Under the pieces are notes generated by a model that was not told the origin of the DNA, searched no databases, and worked only from the letters and a program-made list of their open reading frames with translations. Of a stretch of 64,000 nucleotides of DNA, positions 1-10,576 are shown piece by piece (within the stretch, counting starts at the first letter, position 1; each line of letters starts with the position of its first letter). Source of the stretch: Sarea resinae (taxonomy: Eukaryota); the NCBI GenBank assembly GCA_026026165.1, contig JAPEUD010000012.1, forward strand, positions 1 through 64,000, read 5' to 3'. The position numbers were made by a program, and so were the translations under genes.

Positions 1-126
1 CCCTAACCCTAACCCTAACCCTAACCCTAACCCTAACCCTAACCCTAACCCTAACCCTAACCCTAACCCTAACCCTAACCCTAACCCTAACCCTAACCCT
101 AACCCTAACCCTAACCCTAACCCTAA
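1..126 (+). repeat. Telomeric repeat tract (CCCTAA)21, left chromosome end
   Basis: 21 perfect CCCTAA units from base 1; complement of TTAGGG, the standard Pezizomycotina telomere repeat. Confidence 0.99.
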
Positions 127-1850
127 TAGTAAAGCAGTCGCCTAGTTAGCAGCACTATATTAGCTTAGGCTAGAGGATAGCCTTAGCAGCCTTAATCGCC
201 TAGTGCGCTATCTGCTAGAAGTAGGCGATTATAATTAGCTTGCTATAGAAGCGCAGCGACTAAGCATTGTTAGCCTAGCTTGTTATAGCTATACTTAGCT
301 GCTATATACTAATGTACTTAGTGTATATAAGCAGGCTAATTATTATACTTATTAGGCTTAGCAAGCTGTTAGTAAGGAATCTCTTACGCTAGGCTAGGAA
401 GCGCTTCTGCTTAGCTAGGCCTTACTACTGCTACACTACTGCTAGCAGAAGCGCTTTAGCCCTAATCACTTGCATATAGTAGACTACTCTAGCTAGCTAG
501 TAAGAGTAGTGCGTTGCTATATACAGCTAATTAGTAAGAGAGTTAATGCTAAGTATAGTAAGAAAGTAGATTAGCGCGCTGTTAAAGAGGTCTACTAGCA
601 GCAGTAGGTGAAAAATTAGCGCCTATAAGAAGGTAAGGACTTAGTTAACCTATAAGGACTTATCGCTATCTAGCTTAAGCGACTCTTAGATAGCCTACAG
701 GCGCTTGTTTTGCTCTGCTATTAGATATAGCAATTTGTTAGCATCTTTTAGCTGTGTGTTAGCTGCATCGTTGTTATTAGCTGTAGCAAAGGTGCAGTAG
801 GTAAAGACACATAGGTAGTAGTAGATTAGACGCGCTTAATAGTTAGTATAGCGCACCTAGGCCTTAGCGCTCTACAGCTAACCTAATAGCTTTAGATACA
901 CCTTAGTGCGCTTCTTACTACGCAGCTAGCAGCAGAGCTTATATAGTAAGGTTGCTAGCCTAGCTATACAGCGCTTAATTATTAGGCAAGTGACTTTAAC
1001 TACCTAGCTTAAGATGCAGTTAAAATCTTACCCTTGTTGCTACTGCTGCTCTTACTGCTGCTGCTAGCTAAGTCGCTAGTTTAGTAGAAGCTTGCTAGTG
1101 TAGAGAAAGTAGGCTATATTCTAATAGCGTAGGTAGGTTAGCTAGCCTATACAACTAAACTAGCTAGTCTAATTAGTCTTCTATACCTTGCTCTTAATTA
1201 GGGCCTAACTCTGCTTATATATAGCCTGCTAAGTATTAAATTCACGCTAGATCTAGCTTACTATATTAGTGTCTTTATAACTTAACTATATAGGCAACCT
1301 AGTTAAGCAGCCTAGCTTAGAGTTAAAAGAAGAAGAAGAAGAAGAAGAAGAGAAAGAGAAAGAGAAAGAGAAAGAGAAAGAGAAAGAGAAAGCATACTCT
1401 CTTTAATCTGCTAGCAGCAGCTGCATAAGGAAATATCGCTGCAGTCTACAGCTGTTAAAGAAGGTCTGCACTCTTACTAAGTGCTAATGTGTCGCTTTTT
1501 TTAGCTGGCTAGCCTGCTACTAGTGCTGCTTATTGCAATGCTTCTGTATTACTAGTTAACTAACACTAATATAGCGATATTAGTTAAAATTATCGCATTA
1601 AAAGGCGTCTAGTAGCGTTCCTAATGCTAGAAACAGCTAGCTATTAACTAGTAGTAATTAGATGTCTTATAGTTAAGCAAGGATATAATTGCGTAGGCTA
1701 GCTACAATTAGCTGCTACTGCTTTACTAACATGCTATAATAATGCTTAAGATACTAGTTAAGGTTCTAAATCGCATAACTATGTTGCTAGTATAGTAGCA
1801 CCTAATAATCTAGTTTATAGACTAGCTAGTTTACTGTAATAGTTGTAGTA
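127..1850 (-). pseudogene. RIP-inactivated 5' half of a telomere-linked RecQ helicase (TLH / DUF3505-type) gene, truncated by the telomere
   Basis: The minus-strand translation is full of TAG/TAA but still recognisable. Near 1.5-1.83 kb: LVYKLDY*VLLY*QHSYAI*NLN*YLKHYYS...DAF*CDNFN*YRYISVS*LVIQKHCNKQH (DUF3505-like Cys/His pattern). At 130-850: DLFNSALIYFLTILSINSLTN*LYIATHYSY*LARVVYYMQVIRAKALLL and RFLTNSLLSLISIIISLLIYTK. Reverting transitions gives DPFDSALIHFLAVLGID...LAGVVYC.RV..AEALLP and FLADGSPSPMS.MISLL.Y.K, as I recall them from fungal TLH proteins. 5' boundary approximate. Confidence 0.75.
1325..1392 (+). repeat. Compound microsatellite (GAA)n(GAGAAA)n
   Basis: Pure purine tract read directly from the sequence, inside the TLH relic. 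Confidence 0.95.
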
Positions 1851-1940
1851 GCAGCAGCTGCTACAGTTGCTATAGTAATAGTAATAGATAGTTAAAGGGC
1901 GTGCATGCGCTTACTACTACTAACTAAAAGGATTTAGTAG

Positions 1941-2820
1941 AAGGTATAAGTTAAAGGTAGCCTCTAACTAAGGCCTTATAACTCTAGGAGGTTAAGCACG
2001 CTAGAACAGCTCTAATAGTAGTAGGAGATTATTAAATCTAGTTGTATATAGGAAGGCTACTACCTATAGGTTAGAGATTAGGCTAGTAGCGTTAGATACA
2101 ATGTCTTACTAGTTTTACATTAGCTTAATCCTATGCACTACCTTAATTGCACTTTCTACTAGCTAGGCTAGCTAATAAGCGATGCACACGCGCTAGGCAG
2201 TTAATAAACAAACACTAGACACTTACTTAGGATTATTTATTATTTCACTAGCTTAGCTAGCTAAATAGCTAGCAAGTAGGGCAGGCAAAGCGCTTACAGC
2301 CTAGAGAGAGGTTTTTCTGCTAGACTATCTAGAAGTTTAATTGTTAAACAGCTGTATTAGATAGGATAGCAACTAGCTATACAGTTAGGATACTACTAAG
2401 GCTTGCTTCTCTTAAGGTGCTACAAGGGGTTATCTAGGGCGCGCTTGCCTAGTTAGTTAGTCGCTTAGTTGCTATTTTAAAAAAAGTAGCTATAGCTACT
2501 AAGAGTGTTACCTAGGGCTACTACTAAGGGTTGTTACTTAGGGCGCGCCTGCTTACTCACTTGCTTAGTCGCTTAGTAGCGATGCAGTTAGAGGTACAAG
2601 TAGAAGGTAGCTCTAACTAAGGTTAAGCACTAACTCTAGAGAGTTAAGCAAGCCTAAACAGCATTAATAAGAGGAGATAATTAATTAAGTGCTATAGAAA
2701 GGCGGCTCCTTAAGAGTTAGAGATGCAGCTAGCAGCGTCTGAGGCGATTTCGACGCGCTAGCAATTGCTTAATCCTACTCTGCTTAATCCTACTTTCTGC
2801 TAGCAAGGCAGGCTAATTAA
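1941..2820 (+). repeat. Degenerate subtelomeric direct repeats: ~240-bp unit at ~1941-2180 and ~2591-2820, with a ~100-bp tandem pair (~2390-2470 / ~2495-2580) between them
   Basis: AAGGTATAAGTTAAAGGTAGCCTCTAACTAAGG vs GAGGTACAAGTAGAAGGTAGCTCTAACTAAGG; GCTTAATCCTA...ACTTTCTACTAGCTAGGCTAGCTAAT vs GCTTAATCCTA...ACTTTCTGCTAGCAAGGCAGGCTAAT; TAGGGCGCGC...TTAGTCGCTTAGT occurs twice. Confidence 0.8.
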
Positions 2821-3745
2821 GGGCTAGGCAGTCAGGGTATGTACCTAGTATATCTCCTTAATCCTAGTAGGATCAGTGGCTGCAATGCAGTTAGGTTGTA
2901 TAACAAGAAACAACAAGGTGAAGAAGGGTTTATTATTCACTATAAATCACAAATAAGACTATAGAAGTAAGAGACCTAGACAACAGAAATAACAGTGTAG
3001 AGGTGATGCTAGTGACTATAAATCGCAGATGCAGCTACAAGACACTAGCTAAGATGTGAGAATAAATTTCGAGTATAAGCTTTGTCCTTCCTTGGTAGAG
3101 CAGATAGTAGTGTTTAATTCTCGGTGTATACTGTATGGTCGCGCTTTCCTATGCCAACAGCAGACTGCAGGCTGAAGCTGTGGACTGTCCTCGATCATGA
3201 TTCGTCTGTCAAGCGACCGAGCTGTGATCATCCACGAACGAGGATAGAAGTTCTCACGAATTGATTCTCGTGTATCTTGGTAGGATGGCCATTGCGTTAT
3301 CTCGGTGAGATGCGATAATATTAGATTAGACTAGATAGATCGATAGAAGTGCCACGACTGCAGACAAGGGGTGCCTATTTGGCAATCCAAGTGGGTAGGC
3401 TCCTGCATACAATGCGGGCGACCGAGGTACTAAAGCAGTGTATTTGGTGGGATCGGCTCTCGAATCGCCCATTGTCCGGGAACTCGATTGAGGCTGCTAT
3501 AATTGCCATAATCGAGACCCTGAGAAAAGAATTGGACGGCTTTTCGACCGTATCGTACGACTAACAATTCTGTGTTGAGTGCATGCTCGGATTTGGCCGA
3601 TCGACGATGAGGAGACTGGTTGCTGCCTGGATAGCAAGTCCGGCTTACGTCAAAGTACAAGGAAGGCTTCACTCCGCGCCACGCCCCGCATCCGTCTCTT
3701 TATTAGAGTAAGAAGGAGCAATGATCTGGCATCCGAGCCGTCAGC

Positions 3746-5522
3746 ATGGTTCACCGTGGACCAGCCCCGCGAGCTTGTCAGACCTGTCGCAAAAGTAAAG
3801 TCCGGGTAGGCGTGCTAGAACCGTCCGCTAGGTTGTCCTGTATGGATGCCGTGGCTCATTCGCTGATTATCTCCTCTTCCTGTTCAGTGCGATTTGCGGC
3901 CTGGAGGATGTCTTAATTGTGCAAAACGGGAACGGCCATGTCCTGGATATCCAAATCGAATCGACCTGGCTTTCCACGATGAGAGTGAGGTTGTCGCGAG
4001 GAAAGCCGATGCCGCACGCAGAGCGAGAGCCACGGTTCGTTCGAAGAACAAGCAAGCGACGTCACAGGAGCCCCTTACGACGCAGCAGGGCCGTCAACTT
4101 GTCCAAATCTCAGTGGCTTCAAAGTTGCTGGTCCCCTCATACGCCCCGAGTCCAGATCCCGATGACCTGGCCCTATCATTCTTCTTCTCGCACCATGTGG
4201 TTGGCGGAGGGAGTCGCATGAGGCTCCCCAGTGACCCCCATCAAGACACTGACAGCGATGGAATTACCGATGCCTTGCTCGCCAGCATAAAAAGTGTAGG
4301 GCTTGCTGGCTTCTCGAATCTCTCGCAAGTTCCCGGCCTTCGAAGAATGGCAAGAAAACGATATACAGAAGCAATCGGTCTCGTCAATGCCGCTCTGCAA
4401 TCTCCTGCGGACGTGAGAAAGGACAGTACACTACTCGCTGTGATTAATCTCAGCCAGTTCGAGACCATTGCTGGTGGACCCCAGCGGTCCTTGTTAGCGT
4501 GGACATCCCATATCCAAGGCGCGGCCGCGTTGCTCAATCTGCGAGGGCTGGAGCAGTTTAAGAGACCAGAGAGTCTTCGTCTATACTTCCAGGCCGCGAT
4601 GGACCTTGTGACAAGCTGTCTGCAGCAAGGAATAGCAGTGCCTGACCATATCGTCCACTTGTCTGCGGAGAGTGGAAAATATGTCAACACAAAAGACCCC
4701 GCATGGCGCGTGTTTCGGACCAGGATTCTGTTCGCCAACTTCTGCGCCCATCTAGGTCAAAGGCTTGTCACTGACGATAGTATTATGCTGGAAAGAGCGC
4801 TGGAGCTCGATCAGATCGCTTCTTCTATCTTCTCCGAGGGGGGACGCAGTTGGGAATATCAGACCATCTATACGGATGCCGACCGAGACATTGTCTTGAC
4901 CGGGTGCTATCATATATACAAGAATTTCATGGCCGCACAGGTCTGGAACGGGGTACGCACGATGAGGATGACACTAAATCGAATAATACGCCATATATTA
5001 CTAGCAGACTCGGTATCCAACAATCCAAAGTATTCCGGTTCGAAATACACAGAGCAGCTTCAGCGGTCTACAGGAGCTTTATACAAATGGCAAGCAGACA
5101 TCATTGCTAGCGTGCCGCAGCACCTAGGTTATAGCTCACCCGATAACCAAGGGCTTGTAAATGACGAGTACTCGGTATTCAAATTTCCTTGGTCGAATTT
5201 TGTCACGGCTAGACATGATTTAATACACGCGTCGAAGCCGGCCTTCACTTCTCAGATTCCACTGATTCGCACCACGGGTGGCTATGCGATCCACTGGTCA
5301 CTTTTCATTGTCGGTTCGATTGAGATTGCTACCGTGGCAGTGCGACGCTGGGTACTCAAAATACTCCGGCTGATGGGCTACTCAATGGGCATTCAACAAG
5401 CACTCATCCTGGCCGATGCGCTGGAAGGGAATTTCGCAGAAGACGGTAGAGCAAGTGATGACTTTGCGTACCGGCATTTCCCGAAGTTAGACCTGTCTCA
5501 ACCCAGCGTCTCCGGCCTCTAG
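3746..5522 (+). CDS. Zn(II)2Cys6 transcription factor (2 exons: 3746-3805, 3888-5522; ~564 aa)
   Basis: Splicing the GT..AG intron 3806-3887 gives MVHRGPAPRACQTCRKSKVRCDLRPGGCLNCAKRERPCPGY, a complete C6 cluster. A fungal TF middle domain follows (WTSHIQGAAALLNLRG). Confidence 0.93.
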
Positions 5523-6293
5523 CATTATATGTTGGGGTCAAGCAGTGCCGAGAGCCTCAATGGAATAATATTAAAGCTAGACAGGTTTGTGGGTTGCAGC
5601 TAACAGTGGCCGTGCTAGTTTTGGAAGGCGTTACATACTTGTATTAGTGAGACTTGACTTCTCGCGGAGTATTGACGGCGTAATTGTTTTCCATGCGAAT
5701 AGGTCGAGTGAGCTGTGTAGTCGTAATCCAGGCGAGGGTGAGCTTTAGTTTCTTGCATTTGTTACTCCCTCAAATTCGGTATCTCGACGGTGTCCGAGAA
5801 AATGCCTGAGAGATGCCCTGATTAGTGTTGTTGTAAGCGGTCCCTGAGATACGTCATCCGTCATCCGCGCCTCACTCACCTTGAACCCCACACCCCGCAT
5901 CGTGACTTCGGGAACGGACCCGGGCACTAACATTGCATTTGACTCCGTCATCCTAATTCGGTCCTTGGTGTCACACCTCGGGATCCGCCCCGAGTCTTAG
6001 CTCAGTGCCGGAGTCCAGGTCCGGGGCTAGTTTCGGGCGCTAAGAGACCCTCGGTTCTTTCCTAGCTGGTTGGTATGCGCTTGTCGTGATTGTCGAGGTT
6101 TGCCTTCATCATTTCGGATTCGCATGTAAGATTTCAATACACGCATATCATACGTTAATGGTACGCTGCAGACCATGCGCTTCTTTCGGGTCTCGGATGC
6201 GAGTCCCCGAAATACTTGCTTCTTTTCCTTACGTTTGTAAATGTAAATGCTACGAACGAGGCGCGAGCAGAGATTGCCACGGTTATCCTCACG

Positions 6294-7374
6294 ATGTCAG
6301 CTCCGTTCGCTCGTCTCGTCCGCTTCAAGGACCCACAAGGGCAGGTTCACTACGGAGAGGCCCCAGCAAAGGCAGAGGATTTAGTAGGAGCCGTCGTTCC
6401 AGTCTACGATGGAAAGGTCCCATGGAATCTGACACCGTCCGAGTCTTCATCCGAGATCGCTGAGGTGTTTTATTGTTGAGCGCCCCGACAACGGCTGGTC
6501 TCTGACTGTTGCAGGTGCTATGTCCGTTGCCATGGACACCTTTGATTTACGGTATTGGATTGAATTACAAGCAGCATATCAAGGAATCGGGGGTAAATCG
6601 TCCAAAATGCCATCTTTTCTCCTCTGGCGCGGTTTGCTAAAAGACTATTCTCGTATAGCACCCTGCGCCGACACATCCTGTCATCTTCACGAAGCCACCA
6701 GGTAGGTGGATACGGCAGGCCTCGATTAAACAAATACTTGCTGATGAGGGAGCAATAGACGCCCTGGCGGGACCCTACGAGGATGTGCCAGTAAATCCAG
6801 AGTGCCCGAACATGGATTACGAGGTAATCAAACCATCCATCTATCTCTTCTAGATTGGCAGCCTTAGCCACCATGACAATCGAACCAGGGAGAGTTGTGT
6901 GCCATCATTGGTAAAGACTGCAAAAACCTGTCCCTGACCGAAAACTATCTCGACTACATCCTCGGTTTTACGGCGGGAAATGATGTCTCCTGTCGGTACT
7001 GGCAGATGCCCCCACAATCCGGTAACCAACACGGCTATGCTAAGTCCTTTGACAAGTTTGCGCCCATTGGCCCCGTCATCGTCAGTGCCGCGACTATCGG
7101 CTCGAAGATTGACGATCTCGAGCTCATAACTACGGTCAATGGTGAGAAGCGCCAGAACACGCTGATTGGGGATCTTTTGTTCTCTGTACGTGACTGTTTG
7201 AGCCATCTGAGTCGGGGGACGACGCTGAGGAAAGGGACAGTCATCATGACAGGGACGCCGATGGGGGTGGCGGCGTTCATGAGCCCGCCAGCTTGGTTGA
7301 AGGATGGGGATGTAGTGGGGGTTGAAATTGAAGGAATTGGGACGCTACGGAACAAGATGGTCTTTGAAAAGTAA
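6294..7374 (+). CDS. Fumarylacetoacetate hydrolase (FAH/FAHD) family protein, 5 exons
   Basis: Spliced motifs RLVRF, GIGLNYKQH, PVIFTKPP, DYEGEL, GFTAGNDVSCR, KSFDKFAPIGP and VIMTGTPMGV; four GT-AG introns. Confidence 0.92.
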
Positions 7375-7945
7375 ACATGTAAATCTCATCATTGGAAATA
7401 CAACACCATCTCAATGTGTATCTGCGTCTTCAAAATCAAACAAGTGCACCAGACTAGTAGCCCTTCTCCTGTTGTATGTGGCCATGAACTCAAAGATTCA
7501 TGTGGACGGCATTGCAATGATTGAAAAAGGTAATGACATTTATTCTCCTATCTTCTCAACCCTTGTCATAAGGGGCACCAAACAGTGAGATAAGCTCGCA
7601 ATTGCAGAAAACCATGACAGAAGGTCCGTCACCGAAGTCGGACATCTGGAGACAACCGGCTCAGACGGATGAGCTCGGCATTGGTCCCCGAAGCTGCTGA
7701 TGGACCCGCACTCACAATAGCGTAGCTAGCAGCGGGGATATCGAGATATTCCGGAACATGCATCTGAGCCCCCTTCCCCCCACATCCTCTTGAAAGGGTA
7801 GGGAGAGGCCGAAGCGGAGTATTCGCTCTCATTGATATCCTCTACCTTCCTTTTATAAAATTAAAGCCTCGCTATTGTCTATATTGAACGACCACGGACG
7901 AAATTGCTTTCATTTTCAGTTCGATTCTCACCGCTCGAGCAATTA

Positions 7946-10197
7946 ATGGCTCGGCCAATGGCAACCACACCGGATTTCCCAGCTGGCAAGATTAGCGTTG
8001 CCGCATATCTGTTTCATCGGCTTGGTCAGTTGGGAATCCAACACGTCTTTGGCTGTCCCGGAGACTTCAATCTCAATCTCCTGGACCACCTATACACGAT
8101 CCCGTCGATGCACTGGGTCGGCACATGCAATGAACTAAACGGTGCCTACGCCGCGGACGGCTACGCGCGCACGAGAGGCATCCCAGGGGCCTTGATCACG
8201 ACGTACGGTGTCGGGGAGCTGTCGGCGATCAATGGCATCGCCGGCGCCTACAGCGAGCACATCCCCATCATCCACATCGTCGGCACGACGTCCCGCCTCC
8301 ATCAACGCGATCGCATCATGATCCACCATACCCTGGACGAGGATTGGGATCATACTCTCTTCCAGAAGATGTCGGAACCGGTACGGTCGGCGGCGGCCTT
8401 CTTGACAGACGACGCCGCTTTCGTCTCGGAGATCGATCGCGTTGTTCAAACGGCCGTCAAGACTAGACGGCCAGTCTATCTCTTCATCCCCATGGATGTC
8501 CCGGATGTCCTCGTGGATTCGAGCCTGCTCTCGAATCCGCTGGACCTAGAAATCCGCAACTCGGGGCAAGAAGACGTCGAGGACGAGCTGGTCGAGGCCA
8601 TCGTCGCCAAGTTTGAGAAGGCTTCGATCCCGGCTGTTCTTGTCGATGTGCTGGCGCATAGATACGGGGCCGTCGGCATGGTCGAGGAGCTTCTACGCCT
8701 GACCGATCTTCCTGTAGGTTTTCCTCTATCTCACGACGGATACAGAGACGAACGAGAAGAATGACTGAGCAATACCATCCCTTCTAGGCGTACGTGACGC
8801 CACTCTCGAAGTCGGTTATCGACGAGACGAGTCCAAACTTTGCTGGTCTGTACAATGGCCAGCTAAGCCCGTCCGCGTCCGTCACGCGCGCCGTCGAGAT
8901 GTCCGACCTGCTTTTCCATATCGGCCCGCTGCCGTCGGATTCCAACACGGGCGGGTGGAGCCAGCACCTCGAGTCTGCGAACCTGGTCGTTTTCCACCCA
9001 CGCTATGTCTCCATCGCAGGCGACCGCACAGAAGGCGTGCATTTTGTGCCGGTGCTGCGGAAACTCGTGGCCGCGATTGAGAAACGAGGCTTGCATCTCC
9101 ACGAGAGCAAGCCAGGAAAGAATGCGGTAGGTGAAGCTCCACAAATGACGTCGACTTGTGACTGACGATAATGCTGCACTGCTAGGAAACAAATGGCACG
9201 AACGGAGGAACAACAAACGGGAACCACGAGGGCGAGACACTGCCGACAGGACCACTGGAGCAGCATCATCTATGGAAGACATTCGACCGCTACCTGCAGC
9301 CGGACGACTGCATCATCGCGGAAGTCGGCTCGGCGCAATACGGCACTCTAGACTTCCACCTGCCTCGCGGATGTCAATTCTTCACGCAGATATACTTTAG
9401 CTGCATTGGCTTCACGGTCGGGGCCCTGCTGGGCGCACTGGTTGGGAGAAAAGAGCTTGGGCGCACCGGACGCGCGCTCCTGTTCGTCGGCGATGGCAGT
9501 CTGCAGATGACGGTGCAGGTAAGCACCTGAAACCCCCGCCTTTAATATACCACTTTTCCTACCCGTCTCCTCTCGATTGACTCGCTACTTTGGCTACCTA
9601 CTGACTGCAACCACACACACAAAACAGGAGCTCAGCACCGTCTTCCGCAACGGCTTCAACCCGCTCATCATCCTGATCAATAACAGCGGTTACACAATCG
9701 AGCGGATCATCCACGGGCCAACGCAGCTCTACAACGACATCGCCGAGACGTGGGACCACGGACATCTGCTCCGCTTCTTTGGCGCGCCCGAGAAATCCTG
9801 CAGCTACTCGGCGCACACCTTTGAAGAGCTCCGTGCCGTGCTTGACGTGGATCCAGCCTTCTCGTCCGGTGCCCACACTTCTACGATTGCCGCCACTAAC
9901 GAGGAAAACAACGACGAAGATGACGCCAGGTTCAACGACGCCCTCTTTCCCCGCCTCCTAGAAGTCCACCTCAACCCCTTCGATGCTCCCTGGATGCTGA
10001 CTGCACAGATCAACATCACACAGCCGCGCGCCGCGGCCCAGCTGCGGGCCTGGGACCAACGCTGCGGCCGCTCACGAGCCGTGCTGGACTCGAATCTGTT
10101 TGATTCTCCGTTCGCGCTGCAAGACTCGCCCAGCATGAGAGTCGTGCGTGAGAGAGCTAGTGAGGGGTTGGCAGCTGAGCCCAATGGGCTGAAATAG
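7946..10197 (+). CDS. ThDP-dependent 2-oxoacid decarboxylase (pyruvate/phenylpyruvate decarboxylase family), 4 exons
   Basis: FGCPGDFNL, CNELNGAYAADGYAR, TTYGVGELSAINGIAGAYSE, IHHTL and the ThDP motif FVGDGSLQMTVQ...LINNSGYTIE; TATAAAA at ~7854. Confidence 0.93.
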
Positions 10198-10576
10198 CCT
10201 GTTTCTGATTTGGAAGAGAGAGATGGTGGTTAGACGATAGACCTGTGTGGTAGGCTGCTAAGCAGCGAGTACTATCTGTTGATACTAGATATCTATTAAT
10301 CTAACCCGATTCAATTTTTTAATATTGTATGCGATCATCACGAAATCAAAAGATCATACGAATCTAATCGCTTGATGATTGTGATATAAGATCTGGGATA
10401 ATTATCTGATCATACAAAACAAAGGGAAAAATTCCATTGTTGTTGGCAAATCAGACCTGTCCTTTCATAATACGTTCGTGCACTGCAGAATTCCTTCGCA
10501 ATCGTACACGGGTAGACATACGTCCGCTTTCAAGGACAGGTCGCGGGCATCCTGAGACGTACTTTGTACGTAGACT

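Larger units (their letters stand above)
127..3050. other. AT-rich subtelomeric block with repeat-induced point mutation (RIP) signature
   Basis: Visibly strong excess of TA/TAG/CTA/TAA and scarcity of CA/TG; no ORF of 60 aa or more in any frame before 3049. The signal fades over ~2.7-3.3 kb. Confidence 0.93.

Noticed and set aside
127..3050. RIPed LTR/LINE retrotransposon
   Set aside because: No RT/gag/integrase remnants or LTR pair seen; the readable relic fits TLH better.
3049..3672. Short ORFs in the RIP transition zone
   Set aside because: Possibly the tail of a decayed gene, but no recognisable motif or consistent gene model.
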